Shown here: positions 10,663-22,884 of the stretch, in pieces
Layout of the letters: every line of letters starts with the position of its first letter
How positions within the stretch are numbered: position 1 is the stretch's first letter
NCBI GenBank assembly: GCA_964234715.1
Contig: OZ174282.1
Reading direction: 5' to 3' (one strand)
Source: Podarcis melisellensis
Lineage: Eukaryota
Length of the DNA: 64,000 bases
Notes under the pieces: generated by a model
Seen by the model: the letters and a program-made list of their open reading frames with translations, nothing else
Databases searched by the model: none
What the model was told of the DNA's origin: nothing
Position numbers and translations under genes: made by a program

Positions 10663-12299
10663 TAATGGCTCTTGCTTGTTTGGATACAGGATAGAGTAGC
10701 ACATGAGCATGTGGAAAGTAGCCTGCTGAACAAAGGTAGAAATTACATTCCTTGCTCTGTCCATTTTGGTCTCTGGCTCCACCTACCCCTGGCACCTAAC
10801 TTTCCATCCCCGAAGGTGTCCTAGAAGGAAATACGGACCTTGGAACAAAAAAGTATTCCTAACCCCTGATTTAGGATCTACAGCAGCGGGGAATGAAGCC
10901 GACAGTCTTCTCTTGTCTCTTCTCCTTCATGCCTCACAGCTGGTATTTGGGGCTAAACTGCCTCTGCATATGGAGGCGCCATTTGCACATTACGTCTAAT
11001 ACTGACCCCCCCCCCCAGTATTCCTGCCTGCTCTCCATAAATTCGCCCGATCCCATTTGAAAGCTGCAGCCATCACTGCATCTTGCAGCAGCAATTTGCA
11101 TCAATTAATGACATTACGTTTCAACGTTTAGGGGACTGTCTCTGCCAAACGAGAAAACCTAGAGAGGTTTGTCTGGCGTCTGTTTTACTAGCAGCGCCAG
11201 GCGAAGGACTCCCCACCCACCCCCTCCACTACCACCGAGCTTTCTGGGTGCAGTTTTAACCCCCTTGGCTGGTCTGTGCTTCTTTTATGATTATCTGGCT
11301 TTTAGCTTATTTTACTGCTTTTTTTGATGCTTTTAAGTCTTCTGCTCCTTTTGCTAACTGCCATGGGAACAGGATACAAGAGTAGCATAAAAACAGTGTT
11401 TTATTTTTAAAAACAACAACTGAGAAATGGGCTAGCGGTAGAGAGAAAATCCTGCTTGTTTTTTCTTCATGGAAGGGAGAAGTCTTGGAACGGTGTATAC
11501 CTGGAACGGCAACACACCTCTTATCCAAAAGAGTTGAGAGCAGCATTCCAGCCTTTTGATGTAATCCAGAAGACGCTTTGGCACAGTCCACACCCTTTCC
11601 CAAGCTCAATAGTCTGCCTATGAGCTACCCTGTTCTTCTGAATGCTTAGATCCCACTGTAGCAGCACTGATCTCATGGGGTAACTGCCCCACCTAACCCC
11701 AGAGGCAGCTGAACAAGCAGTCGGACTCCTTGCGGAAAATTGTGCTGCAAATCTTTTTAAATCCTTTGAGAATATGTGCGTGGAAGGTTCTGACTGATGG
11801 AAACAGCACGCGAGCTTTGCGAGCAAGGAGGTTGCAATATGGCATTATTTAAAAGTGTGTGGCCTAGTGGCTAGAGCATTGGACTAGGGAGACCAGGGTT
11901 TGAATCTCCACTCATCCACAAAGTCCCTGGGTGTCTCTCCACTTAACCTGCCTCACAGGGTTGCTGTGAGGAGAAAATGGAGAAGGAGGGAAACCCTGTG
12001 TCACCCTGAGCTCCTTGGAGGAGAGATGGGATATTCGTATGAGAATAAGCTGCTTCTAAGCTATTTGTTTTATTAAAAAAATCATTTTTATGCATTTTTC
12101 TTAAATCAAAATGGAACATTCCCTACAAACCGGAAACAACTCTGCACATTTTTTAAATATTATTTTTATGGTCAGGCCATGCCCCACTACTCCAATATTC
12201 TGGGTTTCAAAATGCATTATATAGCCTCGTAAAGTTGGGTGGGGGAAGAGTCTCTGTCCTCAAGTAGAACCAATTAAGTTACCCAGCTACCAAGATCAA

Positions 12300-12695
12300 T
12301 AAGTGTTAGCATATAATACCCTAAATGGCTTGGAACCCCAGTCCTGAAAGGAGTAACTCCCCAGCCATCTTAGGCCCTAAAATGGACAGAAGAGGACCTC
12401 TGGCTGCTGCCCACTTAGTATTGACCCATGACAGGGCCTTCTCGGTGGTGGCTCCCCATTTGTGGAATGGCCTCCCTGGAGCAGCGAATCTGTCTCCCTT
12501 GGTATTGGCTTTCAGGAGAAATTTATGGACATTCCAGTTTACGCAGATCTTTGATTATCAGCTATTGAAGTATCTATCCACTACTGCAATTGGTTTTAGA
12601 TGTTTTTAAAATAGTTTTAAAAATGCTTTAAATGTTTATAATGTGTTGTATTACTATTACTATTCCTTTGGGAGGAAGGGTCGGATACAAGTTGA
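12300..12695 (+). mobile_element. Old L2/CR1-group LINE 3' fragment
   Basis: AGGGCCTTCTCGGTGGTGGCTCCCCATTTGTGGAAT is homologous to 47921-48381. Confidence 0.55.
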
Positions 12696-13725
12696 GTAAT
12701 AAATTAGTGATGTTTGTCCCCCTCCCAAAGATATGCAGAGAGAACATAGTTCATAATACACGCTTTTATCATCTCCTTGGGCTAGGGAAAAAATATTCCC
12801 TCCCCTTTAACATATTCCCTGCCCCTGCTTCTTCTCAGCTCTAAATTATCCTCTCCCCAGGCTGCTTTTTCACTTTAAAAAATTGTGTTGGGGCTTCACA
12901 GCTGCATTCATTTGCAGGTAATGTATAATTAGCCCCTTCTAAATAAATATACTTAAGGTCAGGGGCACATCCTAAGGATTTCAATAAGAACGTTTTAAGT
13001 ATACACTGACAATTCTCACAGTTGAAACTGAGAGCAGCTAACAGTGCCAAAAGATTGGAACTTTTGTGCTCATTATACCACAGATGTTAATTTTGTAAAT
13101 TACTTTTCAGGGAAACAAAACAGCTTTACTAGTCTCACATCAATTAGCCTAATAAAGGCCTTGAGCAGGAAGCTGGGCTGCTATCCCTTCTGCTTCAAAG
13201 GTGATTTGGCATTTGAAAGGTGTGTCTCCCTAACCCAATCCCACGGCTTGCTATAGGAGGCGACATTGTATGCTCAGCAAGAAAAGTGTGCTTGTGGTAG
13301 GGAGAGATGACTGCTGTATGTAAACTGTGCATTAGAATGCCATTTAGTATATCTTTCAGCTGGTTCCTACACTTGTGGACCAAACACCATGGAGAGAAGT
13401 TCAAGCAAGTCAGAAGGCCTGATCCTGCAGGCCTGTTTTATATTACAGTACTTTCCAACCAAGGTTATTATTACATTCACCTGTGAGTCAAGTGTTGACC
13501 AGTTGTGTGGTCTACATGTCAAGATCCCAAACTGCATATTGAAAAAGCTGAACCACAAGACTCTTATTTGTGAAAGCCTCCTATTCTTGTTCCTCTATAA
13601 TATAGAGTCCCTTCTTTCCAACTACCTTTGCTTATAAAGAAGCAAAATTTGCTGTGTTAGTTCTCTCCCAGAGATTTGTATTAGAGGTGCGAAATATTTC
13701 TCAAAATGGTGACTTGAGGGAAATA

Positions 13726-13943
13726 TAGTCATACCTCATATTACATCCTCTTCATATTACGTTCTTTCAGGTTACGTCCCGCGGCGACCCGGAAGTACCG
13801 GAAAGGGTTACTTCCGCGTTTCGTCGCTCGCGCATGCGCAGAAGTGGCGAATCACAACCCGCGGGTGCGCAGACGGTTGCATTCTTTTCATGTTGCGAAT
13901 GGGCCTCCGGAACGGATCCCTTTCGCAACCAGAGGTACCAGTG
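13726..13943. mobile_element. Mariner/Tigger-like MITE (CAGTCATACCTC family)
   Basis: TIR-like ends; homologous to 49100-49339 and 52390-52625. Confidence 0.75.
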
Positions 13944-15579
13944 TGCCTATACTGTTGAGAAACTACAGGACTTCTGCAGCAGGTGGAGGTGTGAATCTGT
14001 CCCTTTAGCATGCTATGTCCCATTAAATCAAAGCGGGATGATTTGTGACCCTCCAGGTACTGCTGGACTACAAATCCCATCAGCCCAGCCAGCTTGGCCA
14101 AGGAGACAGGGATTATGGGGTTGCAGTCAGATAACGTCTGGAGGGGAACAGGTCCTGCAGTAAATGAACGAGATAAGCGTTTTTACATCTTTTGGAGCAG
14201 ACCTCCTGGGCTTCCTGTATCCCTTCCCCAGTTGGCATTCTGGATTCTCCTGCTTTGTGAAGGAAACCCCCCAGGTCCTTTGCAAGCAGTGCTACATAAA
14301 GGGAGAAGCTGCTGAAGCAGCTAAGCATGCTGGGTATGTGCTGTCTCTTCCATCAATCCATCACCTGGTCCTTGCAGGGTTGGTCCAGTGAGCTCAGGGT
14401 TCTGCCTTGGGCTGAGGAAGGGCAAGCAAGTATCTGCATGTTGCCAGGCGCAACAGGGATGCTTCCACTTGCGCTGAAAGGCAGCATAAGCATTTTAAAT
14501 ACCGTAAATTAAAATAATGCTTTGTGAACATTTCCAAACTCTTTTATTAGGTCATGTCACTGACACACACCATATATTTAAAGTGCATGGCTTCCCCCTC
14601 CCCAAGGCTCCCGGGAGCCATAGAGCTACGATTCCCACCAACACCCTTCACAAATTACAGTTCCCAGGATTATATCAGGCTAGAAGGCAAAACCAGGAGG
14701 AAGGGAAGGAAACAAGCGAATGTGGGTTGCAGGAAACGGTGTAAGGGACATAAAAGTGGAGAGTGGTGGTGTTTTTTGTAAAGAGATTTTATTGCATTTT
14801 AGAATATATACAAAAACCAGAAGAACTGATGACAACTGACAAAAAAACCCATCAGCACATAGAATATGTACATTTACTTCTGTGGCTTAAGTAACAAAGT
14901 CCAATTCATGAAAGAAAAATGAAAAGTTGTCTTCACAGTTTAAAGAAACAACAACACCCAGAGAATACATTTAGTGTTATTTGACTGTCAAGTGAAGTTC
15001 AGATTTGGCAGGCTTGTGTCCATGTTTGTCTTCAAAATGAAGGTTGTCCTGCCTATGTGACAAAGGAATGAATGCCAAATGATACAAAAAATGTCTGGAT
15101 TTGTGGAAATCTCAAATTATAGCGTACTTTCCCCTATGCTAGTTTTATTCCACTGCGAGTGGTGAAAGCGGAGACCGACGACCCTATGCAATTTCTTTTC
15201 TCTGAATTGTTGGTGAGGAGGGTCCCTAACCATCATCCGATGTAAACACCACAAACCTCAAAGAGTGCTCACGTTACAAAGATCTGTTAACGCGCGCTCT
15301 CTTTCAAAGGGAAACAAGGACTCAACATTTCTTCCAACAGTGTATTTTCGGCTCACCATCGTTTTGCCTCTCCCGTGTATAAAGGTAACGTCTGAAATGG
15401 GGCCGGGCAGCACCGACCAACGGGAAGAGAAACGATGTGCTTTCCCCCCTCCTCCCCCATCTAACCACCTGTCCCCAATTCAGACGTTACCGTTACACCT
15501 CCCTCCCACTTTGCAGCGTCGCAGCAGGGCCGTCGTTCAACGTGGGAATGGGCTGGATGGGAGCTTAAAGCCGGGGAAA

Positions 15580-15840
15580 CGCCGAGAGAACCTTCCCGGC
15601 TGCCTCCTTTCCAGAATAGAATCCTGATGGCATGGATGATCCAGACACGCCTTTCCCCGCTGAGCCGCGCCTCCGCCCATCGGTTCCCACGTGAGCCTCG
15701 AGGCTAGGCGAGCGCCAGGCCCCGCCCCTTTTCAGTGGCCCCGCCCACCCGGGCGCTTCGCGGGGCTTCCCGCTCCGTCCCGAAGGCTCTTCTGCGTTCC
15801 AGCGGCTTCCAGGGGGCGGAGCCGGCCGGGTATAAAAGGC
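15580..15840 (+). promoter_or_regulatory. CpG-island promoter of the small HSP gene, with GC box and TATA box
   Basis: GGGGGCGGAG at 15812-15821 and TATAAAA at 15831-15837, about 100 nt before the ATG at 15934. Confidence 0.8.
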
Positions 15841-15933
15841 GCCGCGGCGGGCCGGGCTGGGCGTGCGCTCCCCTGGCCGCGGTCTGTGTTCTGCGCGTCT
15901 CCGGCTGCTCGCCCGCCTTCGCCTCTCCGCGCA

Positions 15934-16158
15934 ATGGACATCGCCATCCACCACCCCTGGATGCGGCGCCCCATGGGCTTCCCTTCGGCCTTCCCGTCGC
16001 TCTTCCCGCCGCGTCTTTTCGACCAGAGGTTCGGCGAAGGGCTCTTCGAGAGCGACCTGTTCCCTGCCACGCTCAGCCCCTATTACATGCGCACGCCCAG
16101 CCTGCAGATGCCTGCGATGCCGCAGATGCCGCAGATGCCGGACACCGGGCTTTCGGAG
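15934..16158 (+). CDS. HSPB6: Small heat-shock protein (HSP20/HSPB6 by synteny, alphaB-crystallin-like), exon 1
   Basis: [75 protein letters not shown]|gtagg. Confidence 0.85.
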
Positions 16159-17454
16159 GTAGGTGTGCTTTGCGTTAAGTTTTGAACGCATCTGGGGCTT
16201 TTGTGCGGAATTGCATCGGAAAAGAAAAGAAAGATCACGGGAAAACTTAGTTTTCTAATCCCCCCCCCATGTATGTCGTGATGCCTCTGGCCATGTGCAG
16301 AATGCTTTTTTGGCCGAGCAACAGCGCGGCAGGTCCCCCGCCTAACCGGAGGCTGCTGAGGGGGGTTGCTTAGGATTAAAAGGGAGCAGAAATGCCCGAA
16401 GATGGGTAGGGCTCGGTGTCTGGACCTGCGTCGTGGGAATGGGTGTGCCTGCGTGTCGGGAATGTGACGAGGACCCGAAAGTAGTGGTGCTGCTGTTGCC
16501 AATTGGTGAAGGTGTGCGCTTGAAAGAGGAAAGGGTGCCAAGGGGCTGGCAGGCTGTGCTTACCTATTATGGTAACATTCTTCAGCCGCCCCAGCTGGCC
16601 CTATGGGGGAGCAGGGGGGAGACAATGCCAGCTGGGTTGTCTTGCCCTGCAGGGAAGGGGCTGGCATGCAGGACTCAACCCACGCTCCACTCTCTGGACT
16701 CTTGCTATACAGAAGACGCACTGTCTTGCTGGCTCCCTGCCCACAGCTGCCTGGAGTTACTTACCAGCATGGGGGCATAAGAGGTGGCCTTGCCCCAGAT
16801 CAGATTATTTGTCTGTTTAGCCCAGTACCACCTGCTCTGACCGGCAGTGACTCTCCAGGGTCCCCGGGGAGATCATTTCCCCACGTTGCCGCCAGATACC
16901 TGATCCCGAACTGGAGGAGTTGAACCTTGGACCTCCTCCATCACCCCAGATAGTTGCTGCCTATATTAGAGATGCTTCCTCGCTCAGTCGGACATTGGCT
17001 GTTGTTTCTGCTGTCCACACTGGTGGAGAATCCCAAGAATTCCCCCCACCCCCAAGTCCCTTCTGCTTGTGGTTAGAACGGGATGTGCCGGGGGGCGGGG
17101 GTTGAACCAGGGTCCTTCTCTGCATGCAAAGGAGCTGTAGTCATCAGCTCCATAAATAATAATGACTAAATAATATGTAATCGGACCTGGGAAACGAGGG
17201 GTTCTTTTAAGGGCTGTGGCATTACCACCCAACTGTTAGAATTCATCCTTGGGGAGATTTCAGCGCAGCCTTGCACTGCTGCTGCTGCTGCCGCCGCCAC
17301 TTAACTCCCCATGCATGACTGGCATACTTGGGCTTTTTCTGTCTTGCGCCTGCTTTTTCCAATGTGCTTCATCACACCCCTTGGCAGGGAGATTGCTCCT
17401 GTGTTCTTGGCGCACTGGCTCTAAATATACAGCGGTCCTACCTAGAAGACCCTG

Positions 17455-17585
17455 AGGAATAGCTCAGTCGGTAGTGCCTGAAACTCTTCAGTCTTGGGTT
17501 TGAGTCCCACACTGGGCAAAAGATTCTTGCATTGCAGGGAGTTGGACTGGATAACGCTTGTGGCCCAACTCTACAATTCTATGAT
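17455..17585 (+). mobile_element. tRNA-derived SINE with CR1-like tail
   Basis: TAGCTCAGTCGGTAG A-box, GGTTTGAGTCCC B-box and ATTCTATGA tail; a related copy is on the minus strand near 36497-36625. Confidence 0.7.
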
Positions 17586-18343
17586 ATTCTTAGCTAGCTA
17601 CAAAAGGGTGTAAAATACAGACCATTCTCGCCCATATTATAAAGGGTTGTGTTTAGCCTGGAGGGGTTGTTGCCGTGTTGGTTTCTGTAACTGCTACCCT
17701 GTGCTCATAAAGTGGCTTCATGGTGGCTCTAACTTATTATTTAACAATTAAAATGGCTGATTTCTTTCCTAACCACTGTGCATATATTAAGATAATATCA
17801 GAGGCAGGGAACTTTGGTCAGCCCAACGACACACTTCCCTTCTGGACAAGCTTTTGTGTTGGTAGGCGAGAATGAGCAGGGCAGCGAATGTGAATTCTGC
17901 CTTATGCAGTCAGCTAGTATCTGCACACCCTGGCATACCTGTTTGGTCCTCCATCCAGACAAACGAGAAGCCTTAGCATAATTCAATGACTTATTCCACC
18001 CAGGCAGAAACACTCAAAGAGGGTGTGGTCTTGGAAGAAATGTGTGAGTCTCAGGGCCACATACAGACCTGGAGGGCAGCATTTGGCCCCTGGGCCTGGG
18101 CATCCGATCCCTGGATTAAGACAGTTGCTTCTCACAGTCTGATAAGGCATGATATAAAAGGAAGAAGGAATGGTGAGGGAAGAGGAAAGCAAGCTCTGCG
18201 CTTTGGCTGCGTATGTTACTAGAGCACTTACTTTCTTCCCCAGGCTTTTGATGGACTGCGGTGGTGTTTGCTATTAGTTATGCTTCTGTTATTGGGGATG
18301 TCCGTCCCCCTCCTCCCCGTAGATGTGTTTTTATTATAATGTA

Positions 18344-18542
18344 CAGTGGTACCTCAGGTTACAGATGCTTCAGGTTACAGACTCCGCTAACCCAGAAATA
18401 GTATGTCGGGTTAAGAACTTTGCTTCAGGATGAGAACAGAAATCACGCGGTGGCGGCAGCAGGAGGCCCCATTAGCTAAAGTGGTACCTCAGGTTAAGAA
18501 CAGTTTCAGGTTAAGAACGGACCTTAACCCGAGGTACCACTG
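18344..18542. mobile_element. Mariner/Tigger-like MITE (CAGTGGTACCTC family)
   Basis: TIRs CAGTGGTACCTC...GAGGTACCACTG with a TA flank; four copies in the window. Confidence 0.85.
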
Positions 18543-18789
18543 TGCTTGTTTATTGTGCTCTCAGTATCTATTTTTTGGGAGACTTTGTTCAGCCGGCAAC
18601 TAACAAGTTCAATGAGTTATAATAGTCCTTGCTAAATATGCCCAGTGGTGTTAGTGCCTACCCTGTGGCTTGTTGAAGAAAGCAGTAAAAGGGTCCACAA
18701 CAGCACCTCTGTGGGCAGGGGCAGCTGGCCTGCAGAAATTGCTGTCTGTTGAATCCAGTTTTTACTTTGTTTTCCCCCCTTCCACCCAG

Positions 18790-18912
18790 GTGAAGATGGA
18801 CAAAGACAAGTTCTCTGTGCTGTTGGATGTGAAGCATTTTTCACCTGAAGAGATGAGCGTGAAGGTGATTGGGGACTACATCGAAGTTCATGCCAAGCAT
18901 GAGGAACGGCCG
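18790..18912 (+). CDS. HSPB6: Small HSP exon 2 (123 nt, alpha-crystallin domain)
   Basis: cacccag|[41 protein letters not shown]|gtatg. Confidence 0.9.
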
Positions 18913-19569
18913 GTATGTAGCTTCATGGGTTCTTTGTGGGGTGACCCTGACCTAAAAGATCCCTGTGGTGGCCGTAGGCCAGTGTTCTTCAACCTTGGGA
19001 GTTGTCGTTCAGCAAAATCTGGGGACTTGCCATCCTTGAGCTGCCATCAGCTAAGCTGCCTGGGAATAATGGGGTTTGTGGTTCAGCAACTTCCAAGACC
19101 CGAGGTTGAAGAACACTGGCATATCCAAAAGCAGAAAGTTAAAGCTGCCATCCTAAGTCAACCCCGGAAGCAAATCCTATTGAACTCCGGAGTCCTCTTA
19201 GTCTGTACGTAGGGATTTGGAAACCTCAGTAGCTGGAACTGCCTGGAAAAACATCTGTTGCTGCACCACCAGTGTCCAGAGCAGAATCCATGGCCCTCCA
19301 GAGATTGTTGGAATTGCAGCTTGCATTGGTCCCAACCAAAAGGGTTTATGGCCAGGGGTGCAGGGAATTGTAGTTCAGCAACATCTGGAAAGGCCACAGA
19401 TCCCGCCCCCACCACAAGCCGTGCCTAAAATGTGCAAAAACTACATGCATCGGTAAATAGAAGACATCTGAAGGCAGCCCTGTTTAGGGAAGCTTTTAAT
19501 GTTTAATAGACTATCGTATTTTAATATTCTGTTGGAAGCCGCCCAGAGTGGGTGGGTTATAAATAATAA

Positions 19570-19613
<44 letters not shown>

Positions 19614-20035
19614 GGCATGTGTTGCTGCCTGAACTTCCTGTTTGAGTTGCCTTGGGCAGGCAATATAAAGCGACTAACCAATTTAATAAATAAAATAACT
19701 TTGGAACTCCCTGCCTGTTGACATCAAGGAGGCGCCTTCCCTGCACTCTCTTTCAGTGCCTGCTAAAAACGTTCCTGTTGAAACAAGCTTACCTAGATAC
19801 TTAGAAAGCTGAGGCGATTTCAGTGTTTTAGTATTTTATCTCTAGAAGTAGGGTTCTAAAATTTTACTTGGGGTTACTGGTTTATCTTTCCATAAACTGC
19901 TTTGACCTTTTTCCTTTTAAACAATCAAACGGCGTATAAATTTTGTGAATTAAATACATAAATTTATTGGTGAGAGTGCTGGTTTCTGGACCCCCTTTAG
20001 TCACTTGCCTGTTTTTGCGTCTCCACTCTTTATAG

Positions 20036-20233
20036 GATGAGCACGGCTACATCTCCCGGGAGTTCCACCGCCGCTACATGATCCCCAAGGGGGTTGATCC
20101 AGCAGCCATCACCTCTGCCCTGTCTCCCGACGGGGTGCTATCCATCACGGCGCCGACTACCCAGGCTCTTCCCGGAGTGGAGCGCAGCATCCCCATCAGC
20201 CGCCAGGAAAAGCCTGCCGTCACCGGAAAGTAA
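20036..20233 (+). CDS. HSPB6: Small HSP exon 3
   Basis: tttatag|[71 protein letters not shown] at 20627-20632. Confidence 0.9.
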   Translation, partial: DEHGYISREFHRRYMIPKGVDPAAITSALSPDGVLSITAPTTQALPGVERSIPISRQEKPAVTGK

Positions 20234-21458
20234 TAGGGTAGCAGCCTGGCTTGGCTTTTTGCTCTCCGTTTTTACCGGAAGCCAGCAAGCATCTGAGGCC
20301 TGCTCTCCCCTCGCTAGTAGCTGCAAGGGCTGCTCACTCTTCACAGAAGTGACATTCCCCTCTGCCCCCTCCCTGCTGAGGTTCTGGCAGCAGAGACTAT
20401 ATATTGCCTCTAGGGTGGTGATCCTTTAGTGCAATTTCCCTACACTCCAGTAGGACCTTCCTGGAGTAGAGATTGGGCCCTTTCTTCTTCTGGCTAGGAG
20501 TACCCTTCTGTTGCAGGCTTACTCTGTGCACCACTGTTTATGCCAGACTCCTTGCTTTGTATAAATACAGATGCCACTTGGGTACATGTACTTGCTTAAA
20601 AAACAGATGTCACATTGATACTTGCTAATAAACATGATGTTTCTGCCTTCTGAGTGTGTGATTGCATTCTGGACGTGGGAGGGCAATGAACCTTAAGGCG
20701 GCACCAGCAGGGAAGGTGGATGGTAGCAAGTTTCCACATCACTGACCATGGCATTGACCGCTGTATTCCAGATTAGAGCATAAGAGCATGGCAGGATCAA
20801 GCCTATCCAGCAGCATATTCCTTCAAGTGGACATCTTGAAAGTGAAGGAGCAAGACATGGGCATAAACGCCCTCTCCTTAGGAAATCCATAAAACACTCT
20901 AAAAAGGATAGTTATTTTGCAGAAGCCATGCTGATTCTTCTCTAGCAAAGCTTGTTCTTCTATTTTTTTCAGTGCTTTCCACCAGTTTTCCCAGGACAGA
21001 TGTCGGGCTAACTGGTCTGCAACAGCCCAAATCCCAATATATTTCCCAAATACTTAACCTTACACTAGCCACTTTCCACTCTTCGGGTACAAAGGTTGAT
21101 TATTAGCGACAAGTTGCATGTTGTTGTTAGATCAGCAGTTTTGCATTTCATTTCTCTTAAGAATGCTCTGAGGGCTGTCATCTGGACCCGATTACTTCTT
21201 TTGAATTGGTTGAGGACGCCTAGAGCATCATTGTGTGACGCCAATATTTGCAGTAGGACCTGGCAAGAGGATTTGGTTGTTAAACCCCTGGGAATTGTAG
21301 CTCTGTGAGGGGAATAGGAGTCTCCTAACAACTCTCGGCGCCCTTAGCAAATTGCCCTTCGTATAATTCTTTGGGGGAAGCTATGATTATTCAAAGGGCA
21401 AAGTGGCAGATGGGGCCTAACTTAGACCATTAATTTGAATGGGTCTACTCTCAGCAGA

Positions 21459-21810
21459 GGGATGCGGGTGGCACTGTGGGTTAATCCACAGAGCCTAGGA
21501 CCTGCCAATCGGAAGGTCGGCGGTTTGAATCCCCGCAATGGGGTGAGCTCCCGTTGCTTGGTCCCTGCTCCTGTCAACCTAGCAGTTCGAAAGCACGTCA
21601 AAGTGCAAGTAGATAAATAGGTACCACTCGGGCGGGAAGGTAAACAGCGTTTCCGTGCGCTGCTTTGGTTCGCCAGAAGCGGCTTAGTCATGCTGGCCAC
21701 ATGACCCGGAATCTGTATGCTGGCTCCCTCGGCCAATAAAGCGAGATGAGCACCACAACCCCAGAGTCAGCCACGACTGGACCTAATGGTCAGGGGTCCC
21801 TTTCCCTTTA
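21459..21810 (+). mobile_element. Sauria SINE, full length
   Basis: Same family as 10307; TSD TACTCTCAGCAGAG on both sides. Confidence 0.92.
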
Positions 21811-22395
21811 CTCTCAGCAGAGCTTATCTCACACTCTGGCTTATGTGGCACCATGAAGCTGTGTTTTGTGCAGCTGCAGCCATGTGAACCTGAAGCTTAA
21901 CAGACTCACTTTAATTACCCCTCAATGCCCAGAACAAAGGCCTATTGCCTCCGTCCTAATTGCCATTCAAGCTTCTGATTTTGAAACTGTAATTACAAAG
22001 CAGCTTTGCATGCAGTGTTTAAGATGCGTGAATCCTTCCACATTTCCAGATGTCTCCGCATGTATAGGCAAGTATCAAAAGTGCTTAAAATGTACCATGT
22101 TTTAACATCTGTGGGCACTGTAGTCCTGGCGGAGACACGCAATACGCATTCCACAAACGACAGAAACTTGGCGGGCTGCCTAATCCGTTGTGCCGATGGA
22201 TTAAATATATTTATTTTTGCAGAGGAGTCTTGTGGTGTTAGGCTTTCGCAGCAAAACAGTCATGTCAGTTGGCATGTCTTAACAAATTGGTTATGGCAGA
22301 AGTTTTTTGCGGGCTACAGTTCCAACTTCATTGTGTGCATCTGATACTGGAACATTCTGCTTGGGGAGCTACCTGGTTCTGCCTGGGTGGCTATT

Positions 22396-22506
22396 ACAGT
22401 CCATGGGACTCTCAAGAGTCTCCTCCAGCACCATAATTCAAAAGCATTAATTTTTTGGCGATCAGCCTTCTTTATGGTCCAGCTCTCACTTCCATACATC
22501 ACTACT
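22396..22506 (-). mobile_element. BovB internal fragment
   Basis: MYGSESWTIKKADRQKINAFELWCWRRLLRVPWT, near-identical to 2184-2295. Confidence 0.88.
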
Positions 22507-22521
22507 GGACCCTTAGACTAA

Positions 22522-22884
22522 AGGTAAAGGTAAAGGTACCCCTGCCCGTATGGGCCAGTCTTGCCAGACTCTAGGGTTGTGCGCCCACCTCACTCAAGAG
22601 GCCGGGGGCCAGCGCTGTCCGGAGACACTTCCAGGTCACGTGGCCAGCGTGACAAAGCTGCATCTGGCGAGCCAGAGCTGCACACAGAAACGCCGTTTAC
22701 CTTCCCGCTAGTAAGCGGTCCCTATTTATCTACTTGCACCCGGGGGTGCTTTCAAACTGCTAGGTTGGCAGGCGCTGGGACTGAACGACGGGAGCGTACC
22801 CCGCCGCAGGGATTCGAACCGCTGACCTTTCGATCAGCAAGCCCTAGGCGCTGAGGCTTTTACTCACAGCGCCACCTGCGTCCC
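22522..22884 (-). mobile_element. Sauria SINE (same subfamily as 4611)
   Basis: 15-bp TSD GGACCCTTAGACTAA at 22507-22521 and 22885-22899. Confidence 0.92.

Noticed and set aside
15565-16191. 208-aa minus-strand ORF and other overlapping ORFs
   Set aside because: GC-rich antisense or alternative-frame shadows of the CpG island and exon 1.
17455-17525. Possible tRNA gene
   Set aside because: The cloverleaf is disrupted and followed by a CR1-like tail, so it is a SINE head.
15934-20233. Calling the small HSP gene CRYAB
   Set aside because: No head-to-head HSPB2 is seen upstream, the neighbours are PSENEN/LIN37/PROSER3, and core residues are HSPB6-type. A phylogeny is still needed.
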